Below the pieces are notes generated by a model. It was not told the DNA's origin, made no database searches, and saw only the letters and a program-made list of their open reading frames with translations. Of a stretch of 64,000 nucleotides of DNA, positions 12,577 through 24,495 are shown one piece after another (the first letter of the stretch is position 1; each line of letters begins with the position of its first letter). The stretch is from Eledone cirrhosa. Taxonomy: Eukaryota. Where the stretch lies: NCBI GenBank assembly GCA_964016885.1, contig OZ024740.1:374728001-374792000 (forward strand), given 5' to 3'. The position numbers and the translations under genes were made by a program.

Positions 12577-15552
12577 ATGCTTGAACGTAAGGAGGTCGAT
12601 GTTTGTTGTATTCAAGAGACCAGGTGGAGGGGTGGGTCTGCTAGGTTCATTGAGGGTAAAAAACGTTGTTATAAGCTTTTCTGGGTGGGAAACGACGATG
12701 GGCTGGGTGGAGTAGGAATCATGGTAGCAGAAAAGTGGGCAGATAAGATAATAGACGTAAATAGAGTGAACGACAGAATAATTAAAATACGACTTGTCCT
12801 CAATAGAACTACGGTGACAGTAATATCTGCGTACGCACCCCAATCCGGACTGCCCGGCACTATAAAAGACAGATTCTATGAGACACTGATGCTAACTACC
12901 TCCCAAATATCCGACAGTGACTATATAATTATCGCAGGCGACCTAAATGATCACGTTGGACAACATTGTGACGGATACGACGAAATCCATGGAGGCTATG
13001 GGTTTGGTACTAGAAATGAGGAAGGCTCCAGAATCCTGGAATTCTGTGATGCAAATAACCTAACTATCTGTAACACTAACTTCAAAAAACGTGACAATCA
13101 CCTGATCACCTATAGATCCGGGGAACACACAAGCCAGGTAGATTATATCCTTACCAGAAGACGTGACAGAGTGTCTGTTGTTAACACTAAATCCCTCCCC
13201 CATGAAGAATGCACCTCCCAACATAGACTGATAATTAGCGACCTCATAGTCAGGACGAGACGTACTCGACAACAGAAGAGGACTATCCTCAGGAGGAAAA
13301 TATGGAAGCTAAAGGACCCCACAGCCAGGAATAAATTTCAAAGCATATTACTTGATGCTTTCGACAGTAAGGAAGAACATTTAGAGTCGGACAATATAGA
13401 GGGAGAGTGGGAATTTCTGAAAGCAAACCTGCTGTTGGCGACAGACGAGGTCTGTGGCTGGAGCAGGCCTGTAGGCAGGAGGAGAGTAACATGGTGGTGG
13501 AACAGTAAGGTGGAGGGGTCAATTAAGGCCAAAAAGCAGGCTTGGAAAGTATGGCGGGATGGGGGAAGTAGAGAGGACTATCAAGTGGCCAGGAGGGAAG
13601 CTAGGAGACAAGTGTACTTAGCAAGAAGGGAAGCTGAGGAAAGAAAGTTCAAGCATGTTCTACAACGCGATGACCAAAAACGTGAGGTGTTCAGGATTGC
13701 TAGGCAATGCGTCAAGGAAAACCGTGATATTGTCGGGGAGAAGTGTGTACTAAACGACGATGGCACACTTGCCATCACCGACGCTGATAAGAAGGTAGCT
13801 TGGAAGTGTCACTATGAAAGGCTTCTAAATGAGGAGAATAATTGGGAGAAAGGCAGTCTCCCCCATATCGACCCAATAGAGGGACCAGCAGTGTTAGTCG
13901 AGGGGAGTATAATAAGTAAGGCAATCAAGGATATGAAGACTGGTAAGGCGGCTGGGCCTTCGGAAATAGTTGCTGAGATGCTGAAGGCATCTGGCACGGT
14001 GGGACACACCATGGTCACCCGCATAGTTAACCAAGTCGTACAGAACGGGGTTGTTCCGAAGGACTGGCATAGCAGCATCATCGTTAACTGTTATAAGGGT
14101 AAAGGAGACGCCCTAGATAGGAGTAACTATAGAGGCATTAAATTAATCGACCAGGTCATGAAGGTCACGGAAAGAGTAATAGCGCAACTAATCAGAGAGA
14201 GAATTGACCTAGATGAAATGCAGTTCGGGTTTGTGTCAGGCAAAAGTACCACAGACGCTCTTTTCATAGTACGACAACTACAAGAGAAGTACCTAGCTAA
14301 AGGTAAACCCCTCTACTTAGCTTTTGTCGACTTGGAGAAAGCCTTCGACAGAGTCCCCCGCTCCATTATCTGGTGGGCTCTTAGAAAACTAGGCGTTGAC
14401 GAATGGCTTGTGAGGGCTATACAAGCCATGTATAAAGAAACAGTCAGCAAGGTTAGAATTAACAACGAATATAGTGAAGAGTTTAGCGTAAAAGTCGGCG
14501 TCCATCAGGGCTCTGTTCTCAGTCCACTACTATTTATTATTGCCCTTCAGGCCATAACAGAGGAGTTCAAGACAGGCTGCCCATGGGAACTCCTATACGC
14601 AGACGACCTGACACTCATAGCGGAATCAATGGCCGAGCTAGAGAAGAAATTCCAAACATGGAAGCACGGCCTAGAGTCAAAAGGACTTAAAATTAACCTG
14701 GCTAAGACCAAAGTACTAGTTTGTAGGAAAGAAAACAAGGCGGCGGTCCCTTCTGGGAAATGGTCGTGCTCGGTGTGTAGGAAAGGCGTAGGTAGAAACT
14801 CCATTTTATGTCCTAAATGCAAAGTATGGGTGCATAAAAGATGTAGTGGGATCACAGGTAGGCTAACTAAGAACATAGATTTTACATGTGGCCGGTGCTC
14901 TGGTGCAATAAGTAGCAGCAAGTGCCCACAAACTACTAGCTCTTTCAATTGCGCAGAGGGTTCTATAGAAATAGTGGACAGCTTCCGTTACCTGGGCGAT
15001 AAAATCAGCAGTGGGGGAGGGTGCTCTGAAAGTACTGTAGCTAGAGTCAGAACTGGTTGGAAAAAGTTCAGAGAGCTTATACCACTATTAGCTGCTAAAG
15101 GGTTCTCACTAAAAATGAAAGGCAGGTTGTACGATGCCTGCATACGAACAGCAATGCTGCATGGCAGTGAGACCTGGGCATTGTGTGCAGAGGATATACG
15201 CAGACTAGAGAGGAACGAAGCTTGCATGCTCCGCTGGATGTGTAACAGTAATATACGTGAACGGCAAAGCATAAACGAACTAAGGAATAAATTAGAGATA
15301 AGAGGGATCAGATGTTGTTTACTCGAGAGAAGGCTACGTTGGTATGGACACGTGATGCGCATGAAAGTCGATAGCTGTATAACAAAGTGCAGGGCAATAA
15401 AGATAGACGGTAGTCACGGAATAGGCAGACCTAGAAAAACCTGGGACGAGCTGATAAACTCCGACATCACACACTTACACCTCTCCAAGACAATGTCACT
15501 GGACCGAGACCTTTGGCGGTACTCAGTAACAGAGAAGACCCGCCTTACCTAA
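12577..15552 (+). CDS. RTE LINE polyprotein: APE endonuclease + reverse transcriptase + inserted PHD finger (frame open from 12460)
   Basis: CIQETRW, SAYAPQ, GDLN, VDYIL, SQHR; QFGF, FVDLEKAFDRV, GVHQGSVLSP, LYADDL, FRYLGD; RLRWYGHVMR, GRPRKTW; no internal stops over 991 aa. Confidence 0.95.
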   Translation: MLERKEVDVCCIQETRWRGGSARFIEGKKRCYKLFWVGNDDGLGGVGIMVAEKWADKIIDVNRVNDRIIKIRLVLNRTTVTVISAYAPQSGLPGTIKDRFYETLMLTTSQISDSDYIIIAGDLNDHVGQHCDGYDEIHGGYGFGTRNEEGSRILEFCDANNLTICNTNFKKRDNHLITYRSGEHTSQVDYILTRRRDRVSVVNTKSLPHEECTSQHRLIISDLIVRTRRTRQQKRTILRRKIWKLKDPTARNKFQSILLDAFDSKEEHLESDNIEGEWEFLKANLLLATDEVCGWSRPVGRRRVTWWWNSKVEGSIKAKKQAWKVWRDGGSREDYQVARREARRQVYLARREAEERKFKHVLQRDDQKREVFRIARQCVKENRDIVGEKCVLNDDGTLAITDADKKVAWKCHYERLLNEENNWEKGSLPHIDPIEGPAVLVEGSIISKAIKDMKTGKAAGPSEIVAEMLKASGTVGHTMVTRIVNQVVQNGVVPKDWHSSIIVNCYKGKGDALDRSNYRGIKLIDQVMKVTERVIAQLIRERIDLDEMQFGFVSGKSTTDALFIVRQLQEKYLAKGKPLYLAFVDLEKAFDRVPRSIIWWALRKLGVDEWLVRAIQAMYKETVSKVRINNEYSEEFSVKVGVHQGSVLSPLLFIIALQAITEEFKTGCPWELLYADDLTLIAESMAELEKKFQTWKHGLESKGLKINLAKTKVLVCRKENKAAVPSGKWSCSVCRKGVGRNSILCPKCKVWVHKRCSGITGRLTKNIDFTCGRCSGAISSSKCPQTTSSFNCAEGSIEIVDSFRYLGDKISSGGGCSESTVARVRTGWKKFRELIPLLAAKGFSLKMKGRLYDACIRTAMLHGSETWALCAEDIRRLERNEACMLRWMCNSNIRERQSINELRNKLEIRGIRCCLLERRLRWYGHVMRMKVDSCITKCRAIKIDGSHGIGRPRKTWDELINSDITHLHLSKTMSLDRDLWRYSVTEKTRLT

Positions 15553-15942
15553 ATATATAGTAAAACCTACTCCAGCCAGTAGGCATCTCTAACAAAATAC
15601 ACCCCGTCCCACCACCCCCACCCGATCCACACCACCCCGTTCTATGTAAAGTTATGTTGGTGCCGCGCCATCGAGGCCGAAACAAATGAGATCGTGTAGG
15701 TGTCACGACAAAAAAACACACAGTCCACGCTGTAATGTGGCCGTGTAGGCAACACGGTAAAAACCTCCCAGACCCACACTGTAAATGTGGTTGGTGTTAG
15801 GAAGGGCATCCAACTGTAGAAAACCTGCCAGACAGTCCTATGCGAGCAAGACAATCACTCTTGCCTCAAGTGGGACTACCCCCGTCCAAACCCATGCAAG
15901 CGTGGAACACGGACGTTAAACGTTGATGATGATGATGATGAT

Positions 15943-16003
<61 letters not shown>

Positions 16004-16653
16004 AATGCAGAGAAACACTGTTGGCTGTACACTCAGGGGTTTATTTAAAGTACTAACAATTGTTTCGTTGATCATGTGAGTCTAGAATTCGCTAATCGCT
16101 TCAGGTTGCGTCATTCGATCTCCAACACATTATTTACCTCTGGTCAACACACCAGAGTACATAGAAATGAAAGTAATTCACTCGAGACAAGACTTATATA
16201 GAACAATAGCGTATAATCAAAACAATAACAACAATAATAAAATAGCGTATAATCAAAACAATAACATCAATAATAAAATATGTATTGGAAATAGGTAGAG
16301 AAGTTATAGATGTAAAAAGTAAAATATACGATAGGGTATGTTAAAAAATAAGAAAATGAAAAAATGGAAAATATAAAGAAATAAATAAGTGAGAGCGTTT
16401 AAGTACATAGTAGTAGTTTTTGAGTAAGTGTTCTTATAAGGATTCGTTGGTGGGTTTAGTGCTAACATGTGAAACCAGATTCGAGATTTCCATAGATACC
16501 TGTAGAGGGTTCAATAAAAGAAAAAAACAATAAATTAGAGATTAATTGGTGGATACATCATTATCTATAAAAGGCAGATTGTTGTTGTTGTGTGTGTGTG
16601 TGCATGTTTCATGTTTATACATTTGCACAATTTCAAACCTACTCGACTCAACG

Positions 16654-17542
16654 TCTGTAAGTATGTTCTAAATGGTCTAACTAAGGTCAACGACTATGTA
16701 TTTATTTCAAACTCACCCACATTTACGGAAATAATCGATAAAACTAAATACATGACGCTTTACCCCCCTAATACAATCTGATTTACTCTCCCTAACTCCC
16801 ATACATGCTGCAACCTTCTCTTATATACGCTTATAAACCCACTCCTTAATACTTTCCTTTAGAGAGAGAGAAAAAATAAAGGAGTGAGCCAGAGAGTGAG
16901 AGACAGAGACAAACGTTAAATATATGACGCTTACATTTTATACCAAACTACAATTATTCAAAAGCAACAGATAAATTTATTCAACAACTAGAAAAATAGC
17001 GGCAAATCTTTTTTTTTAAACATCTATAATCCAACTCACATACAATTACATTTTGTGTATAACATATTTCCACGTTTATTGAGTGAAAAAAAAACCACAT
17101 AGGGATTTTTGGCCAAACACTTCACATTGCTGACAGAAGCGCGCTTTCAACAAACTGTGAATTATTTATTTGCCTCTGTAAGTATGTTGTAAATGGTCTA
17201 ACTTAGGTCAACGACTATTTATTTATTTCAAAATCACCCACAATTACGGAAATAATCGATAAAGCTAAACACATGACGCTTTACCCCTCTAATACAATGT
17301 GATACCCTCTCTCTACTCCACTTAAAAATCGAAAAAACAATACATACTGCAACCTTCTCTCATATACGCTTAAATGTCTTTTTAAAAACATCTATTATCC
17401 AACTCAAACACAATTACATTTTGTGTATAACATATTTACACGTTTATTGAGGGAAAAAAAAAAACACATAGGGATTTTTGGTCAAACAACTTCAAATTGC
17501 TGACAGAAGCGCGCTTTCAACAAACTGAGTTATTTATTTGCC
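16654..17542 (+). repeat. Imperfect tandem duplication upstream of the Helitron ORF
   Basis: TCTGTAAGTATGTT..GGTCAACGACTA..GACAGAAGCGCGCTTTCAACAAACTG occurs twice (~16654-17173, ~17175-17542). Confidence 0.85.
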
Positions 17543-17651
17543 GTTCGTTCTCCTATTTTTGCCCCTGCGGAACGCAAACAGTTTTCAGCCTTATACTTTC
17601 AAAGGCAATTTTGATGTAGAAGTAATTTTCACCCTTTCTTGTTCACATAAA

Positions 17652-20600
17652 ATGCCACCTAAAAAGAGAAGTCGCGTCGGTCGCCATACCGCGTCAGCGG
17701 CGGCGTAGAGGACGAATACGGCTAACGAGTACCCCGAGGAAACTGCTTTATGACTTTCACAGAGCGCCTTACGTTCAGCGGCATGCAGAGCGGCTGAAAA
17801 TGTCCAACAACGTACCGCACGCCTAGCCAAGATGGCTTCATACCACGCCTCGAGTCGTGCTGCGATGTGGGATGCAGAGCTGGCGATACGTCATTGCCCC
17901 AAAGAACGCTTCTACTGCTACTTCCAGGGTTTCAGAGGGCCCGGAACAAATGGTCGACTCGCCTGAATAGAAAGGCTGCTGCTACTGCTGCTTCCAGGGC
18001 TTCAGAGGGTCAGGAACAAAGGGCGCCTCGACTGACTAGAAACGCCGCGGCTACTGCTCCTTCCAGGGCTTTGGAAGCTTTGGAACGGCGGACGAATCGC
18101 CTTGCTAGGAACGCTGCGGCTACGACTGCTTCCATGGCTTCTGAAGATGCAGACGGGCACTCCATTAGGATTGCAAGGGTCGCTTCTACTACTGCTGCTA
18201 GAGCTTTCCACGACCCACAGGAGCAACATTCTACGTTGGAGCTAACAGTCGACGACGAGAAGCTGCCCGCGGTATGACGAGCCCCAACAGCCCATATTGC
18301 ATCTACGGGCTTTCAAGTATGAGCCCAAAGTTAACTACTCGATCCCTGCCGACATAAATATAGGGGAAATGCACTTCAATTGCAAATTCTGCGATGCTAA
18401 AAAGTGGGCTGGGGAGCAACCTGCAATGGGCTGCTTAAACGGTAAGGTCAGCTTGCCCCCTCTTGGGGAACCACCAGAGCCTTTGAAGGAACTACTTACT
18501 GGTTCTACCTCAAGGTCATCCAAATTCCTTCAGCTCATCAGGAAGTACAATTGTGCGTTTCAAATGACTCCTTTCGGGGCTAACGTTGTCAGAGAAAGTA
18601 GTTGGATGCCTACTCCAAGGTCCAGGGGCAGGTGACCATCTTATTGGGTCGCTCCAGCCACTACAAAATTGCAAGCCTTCGTTCCTTCAAATTTACTTCA
18701 TTTCTAACTACAGTAGGCAAGTTGATGCGCTGTCCTTCGTTATTCCAACACCTGCAAACACTGACGCTGACACTTTTGAAAAGGACGTGCTGCTCGGTCT
18801 CCAAAACATGCTTCATGAGCTCAACAGTTATATTCGCAGTTTCAAATACGCATTGGAAACAAATCCTTCACCAAACTTCACTGTTGTCATCGATGCTGAC
18901 TAAATACCTTCTGTGGAGTACGCACGCCGTTATAACGCTCCTTCGTGCAATGAAATGGCCGTAGTTATCCATGGTGAACAGCACAATAAGCGAGACATAG
19001 GTCTTCAAAGTCGTGACAGTGGTCTTCGATGTATTAATAAGACGCATCCTTCATACGACGCCCTGCAGTATCCCCTTCTTTTTGCATACGGAGACGACGG
19101 GTACCATTTCGGCATTCCTCAGCGGAAACCAAACGAGCCCACTGCTGCGACATCTAAAACTGTTTCATGCATGGCTTTATACTCATACCGCTTCATGACG
19201 AGGCCTAACAATTTCAACATCCTGAACAGGTCACGGGAATTGTTTCACCAGTTTGCAGTTGACATGGCTGCAAAGATGGAGACGAAGAGACTGTGCTTCA
19301 TAAAATTGAATCAGAAGCAGTGCGCTCAGACTCCTACATCCATTTGCATGACGGCATCAGGAATGACACTGACCCCCAGAACATCGGCAAAATGTGCATT
19401 CTCCCCTCAACCTATAGGGGGGGGGGGGGCTCGGTACATGCACGAGCGAACACAGGACGCTATGACGTTCGTTCCGCATTATGGGCGCCCCGATTTATTC
19501 ATCACGTTTACGTGTAACCCCAAGTGGGTTGAGGTTACGCGAGAACTTATCCCAGGGCAGCAGTACTGCTATCGGCATGATATTATTGCCCGGGTTTTCA
19601 GGCAGAAGCTGGCTAAGTTAATTTATCTAATAAAAAAAGGGAAGCTTTTCAGGCCTGTTAGGTGCAACATGTATAATGTTGAGTGGAAGAGGAGAGGGTT
19701 GCCACACGCACACATTTTGGTTTGGTTGGTCACCAAAAGAGACCCTACAGTTATAGATGACGTCATCGCAGCGGAAATACCGGACCCCGTTGTTGACCGG
19801 CAGCTGTACGACATCGTGAAGGCACACATGGTGCACGGTCAGTGCGGTCCAGGTTTTCAAGAGTTCTATTCATGCCACAAGACAATGTGTACACTAAACG
19901 ATACCCAAAGAGGTTTGTCGAAGAGACCCAGACCGGCGACGGCGGATACCCACTGTACAGACGAAGGCGGCCTGAGAACAGTGGATTCACTATGACGTTA
20001 CGGGGTCATCAAGTTGATAATAGGTGGGTGGTCCCGTACTGTCAATTTCTGATGAAAATTTTCAACGCTCATATAAATGTGGAGTTCTGTTATTCAGTGA
20101 AGTCGATAAAGTACATATGTAAAAGTGTTAACAAGGGTTCCGAATCTGCCATGTTCGGACTTCAAAAGGACAATAGCAGGCACGATGTCTCGGAGTACTT
20201 GGCAGGTCGATATATCAGCAGTGGTGAAGCTTTTGGGCGAATATTCGGGTTTCCACTTCAGCAAAGGCACCCCGCCATCATACAACTAGCGGTTCATTTA
20301 GAAAACGGCAAGCGGGCTTACTTTACTGAACAGAGTGCTGCTCATTTGGCGGCCAATCCAAAAGAAACAACTTTGACTGTTTTTTTTACGCTTTGCGAAC
20401 TGGACACATTTGCAAAAACATTTTCATATTCTAAGGTCCCGTCCTACGACATGTGGTCAAACAACACTTGGGTGCGTAGGAAGTCAGCTCAGGATGTTGA
20501 AGCACATCCTGCTGTCAAGTTTGACAGTTGTCTAGGAAGACCGTACACTGTACCTCCCAACCAGCATGAGTGTTTTCACCTACGCCTTCTCCTCCATGAA

Positions 20601-22451
20601 GTTTTTGGCCCACAAAGCTTTCGAGACATAAGAACTGTTGACGGTGAATTATGTGATACTTTCCGGGAAGCCTGTTTTAGGCGTGGCCTTTTGGAGGATG
20701 ATTCACAATGGGGCGCCACTATGGCAGAGGCCGTTTTGTTGAAATCTCCTAAAAGACTAAGATCGCTTTTCGCTATTCTACTCCTATGGTGCCACTTGGG
20801 TGATCCGGCTTCTTTATGGCTTAGCTACAAAGATTACATGTCTGAAGATTTCCTGCGTCACGCTCTGTTGCTAAACCCATCGATATTGGTCGGGCATAGT
20901 GACCTCATTTACAACAGGGCGGTGCTTGAAATCGAAGATACTGTTCTCGATATGGACGGTGCACTACCGTCCATATCGAGAACAGTATCTTCGATATTGG
21001 CGATGTATGGCCTACCTTCAACAAACTGGGAAGGCGCAAACAATCTGTCTTTGGATTTGCTGCGTTAGACATCTTATAATGTTGACGAGCTTGCCCAGGT
21101 CATAGCGGAGAATGAGCAAAAGCACCTTCCAGAACAGAAATAGGCTTGCAACTCCGTTGTTAATTCTGTCCGGGGCAAAGCTGGGGGGATTTTTTTCCTG
21201 GACGCTCCTGGGGGGACTGGGCAAACTTTTGTCACCAAATTAATATTAGCTGAGATTAGGCGAACTGAAGGCATTGCCTTAGCTGTGGCATCAACTGGAA
21301 TTGCGGCTACTTTGTGTCCGGGCAGCAGGACAGCTCACTCCTATTTCAAGCTCCAGCTTGACTTAGCGAAAACTGAGACACCCACTTCTAACATCAGTAA
21401 GAGCTCCGATCAGGCAGAAGTGTTTAGCCGATGCAAGCTTATCGTTTGGGACGGATGCACAATGACCCACAGAGGTGCTCTTGAGGCGCTAGATAGAACT
21501 CTGAGAGACATCACAGACTATACGGCTCCAATGGGAGGCATAACACTTCTTCTTTCAGGGGACTTCAGACAAACGCTTCTCGTTATTCCCAAGGAGACTA
21601 GAGCTGATGCAGTACGTGCGTGTTTTAAGTCATCCGCATTGTGGCCCCTGGTGAAGACTCTGAAATTTCCATCTAACATGTGTGCTCATATGCGAGGTGA
21701 TATCGCATCAGCAGCATTTTCTCACACCCTCCTTGCACATGGCGAAGCCAAAACGCCCGGGAATGAAAAGGGTAATATTGCCATCGACTCATTTTGTACC
21801 GTTGTTAGTACACCTTCTGATCTCAGGGATGCAGAGTTCCCAGATCCCCAAGCAAATTATCAGAATATGGATTGGCTTGCCTAAATGGCTATTCTGGCCC
21901 CGAGGAATAGAATTGTTAACCATATTAATGATCAAATGCTAAATCTAATTCCTGGGGAGGGCTACGTATATAAGTCTATCGATAGAACTCCTGGCCCCGA
22001 AGACGCCATCAACTATCCAATAGAGGTATTAATTCCTTTGAGCCCCCCGGATTACCTCCACACATTTTGAAAGTTGGTGCCCCTATAATGCTCATTCGAA
22101 ATCTGGTTCCGCCGAAACAATGCATTGGCACACGTTTGGTCGTTAAGTCCTTAGCTCCCAATATGATTGAGACCACGATAATCATAGGGTGCGGTCGGGG
22201 CAAGGTAGTGCGCATACCGAAGATGCATCTTTTCCCATCAGGAGCAGACCTACTTTTCACATTTCGGAGGTCCCAGTCCCCGCTGAGGCCATGCTTCGCA
22301 ATGTCAATTAACAAAGCGCAGGGGCAAACACTGTCTGTCGCTGGAATACATTTGGGGGAGCCGTGTTCCTCTCATGGTCAGGTTTACATTGGCTGCACGC
22401 GTGTCGGCAGCAAGACAAACAAAAAACATTTTGTACAACGAGGTTTTATAG
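17652..22451 (+). pseudogene. Helitron Rep-helicase (decayed by frameshifts and stops)
   Basis: ATG MPPKKR; Rep motifs GRPDLFITFTCNPKW, VEWKRRGLPHAHIL, WVVPY, HINVE, KYICK; Pif1 motifs [30 protein letters not shown]; ends [10 protein letters not shown]. Confidence 0.92.
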
Positions 22452-22521
22452 GTTTACCTCGATTCCTAATTTTATATTTTTTTATTTTTTTATTCTTTGC
22501 CTTTTTGTGAGTACTTTCTAA

Positions 22522-22552
<31 letters not shown>

Positions 22553-22555
<3 letters not shown>

Positions 22556-22616
22556 AGATAAAGCGTCCGTGATGTTTGCTCAGATCAGAGCAAACATCTC
22601 GGACGCTCTATCTCAA
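22553..22616. repeat. 64-bp hairpin
   Basis: TTGAGATAAAGCGTCCGTGATGTTTGCTC agatca GAGCAAACATCTCGGACGCTCTATCTCAA; 29-bp arms with 2 mismatches. Confidence 0.85.
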
Positions 22617-22823
22617 ACTTATTTTTGAAAAGCATTAGAAATGCGCAACCGGTAAAACTTAAAACCAAAACTTAATACTAACCAATACTATTACTAATTA
22701 TCACTTATTCCTAATTAAACTATTTTTCACTGTCAACAATTTGTCAGCATTTTCTATTCCGTTTACCACTATATCATAACTTGTGTGTTACACCTCTATC
22801 CTTTTAAATATATATATATATAT

Positions 22824-23032
22824 ATAACGAAGGAAATGTGGTAAGGAACCATGTGGACCGTAACGCACCAAAGTACTCAATACTTGAGGTAGTAGAGTGG
22901 GTAATAGGAACCAGTAAGACCCCGACAGCTGAGCTCAAGCCGTTTCGACGGCTAATTCTGGACCAGAATTCTGGTCCAGAATTAGCCGTCGAAACGGCTT
23001 GAGCTCAGCTGTCGGGGTCTTACTGGTTCTTA
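22824..23032. mobile_element. PLE pseudo-LTR mini-element ending in a perfect ~120-bp palindrome
   Basis: arms mirror around GAATTC at ~22966-22971; (TA)n on both sides; related copy at 2922-3090. Confidence 0.8.
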
Positions 23033-23251
23033 TATATATATATATATATATATATAAATTTTAGTAGAGCATCAACGAAGCTTCTGGCAGCAGCCAAGCT
23101 TACCAATGCATATTCGGTGTGCAGCTAAGCACTCAATGAAGAATAATACCCCAGAGTTATAACATTACGTTTAGACAGCTTTGCAAATCAAATAATCTAA
23201 TACAGCGACCGATAGTCGGTGCGCATTGCGATAGCGACGAAAAAAACTCAC

Positions 23252-23309
<58 letters not shown>

Positions 23310-23316
<7 letters not shown>

Positions 23317-24495
23317 TACTTGGGGAGGGTCATATTGTTGTAGTAAAATTGCCAGAAACAATAACACTCACTGTTTGGTTGGTTTTCGCTTCTGTATCAT
23401 TTATATCTTCATATTTAATTTATTTGGCAATGAATGGTTAGCATTGACTGACTAACGGTTAAAAAATTCAGATATAAATATATATATATAGTCTAACAAA
23501 GTTCTTTCATTGCACATCTGCAACATCATCAGTGGTAATATTATCATGTTTCCTCCTATTGTATTGTAATGTTTACGCCATTTTTATTTTGCGTGTGTGT
23601 ATAATATTCTCGTGTGTGTGTTCTAGTTTGAGTGTATGTATTTTGCTTTTTGTATTCTATTTGTGTTTACTAGTGTGTGTTTATATGTGTTTGTTTTTAT
23701 TGTACTTGTGTTTATATTTATTTATATATTTATTTATTCATTTATTTATATTTCCCTTAAGTCAGTTGTTGTTTGTTTGGGTATGGTTGTTGTTGTTATT
23801 CCATTCGTTTTTTTCTGTTTAACTTTGGTTTTCTAAGCTCTTTTTCATTTGCTTCTCTGATTTGCATACCTGTTGGGTCATTTCTATGTTTAGATATTAT
23901 TTTAATTTCTATGTTGCCTATATTACCGTCATCTCTTTGTCTGGCGACTTCGTATAGTACTGAACCGTTTTTTGTCCTTTTAATTCTACCCAATGTCGGT
24001 CTATTATTTCTCCTATGCTTCGAGCTGTCTCAACTATGTATGCCGTTGTCATATTTCTGCAAGTACCCTCTGTATATCTCATGCTATAGATTACATTTCT
24101 AGTTTTCCAGTTTATTCGGGGTTGACTTTACATATAACACATTTCTTATTAGTACATTTGGTTTTCTTAAGCGGGCATGTTATGCTGATCGGGAATGTTA
24201 TGGTAGTTCCTGGCTTTTCTATCACTATTTTAGTGGGTCTTTCTTATGGTCTTTCTACTTTGGTTAGCTAATTTCCCCCGCGGGTAGCATCCACGAAAAT
24301 GACACTCTGGTATCTCTGATTGTCGTACCATAAAGTGGCTTTCCCTCTCTTATGTTTAGTCCTATCTAAGCTATTCCATGGCTTGCTCCTGTATGAAGAG
24401 CAAATTCCTTTCATGTCCATTTCTATGAGGGTCTTATACTTCTCCGTGGCTCCTTTCTACACTCTGATCCTCTCTCTTTGGTTGTAGCCAGAAAG
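23310..24495 (-). mobile_element. PLE 3' fragment (GIY-YIG) with hammerhead-bearing pseudo-LTR
   Basis: decayed paralogue of the 60.8-61.6 kb region (VIFVDATRG, SVLYE..IEIKIISKHRND); minus-strand CTGATGA-TTGCA gatg TGCAA-GAAAGAACTT at 23495-23536. Confidence 0.7.

Larger units (their letters stand above)
9365..15943 (+). mobile_element. Young, apparently full-length RTE-clade LINE inserted in a (TA)n tract
   Basis: 5' monomer array, open EN-RT ORF, 3'UTR with GTTAGGAAGGGCATCC and GGACGTTAAAC, (TGA)n tail, (TA)n on both flanks (9313-9364; 15944-16000). Confidence 0.85.

Noticed and set aside
23204-23225. Small GC hairpin as the Helitron 3' terminator
   Set aside because: Not followed by CTRR and separated from the ORF by other insertions
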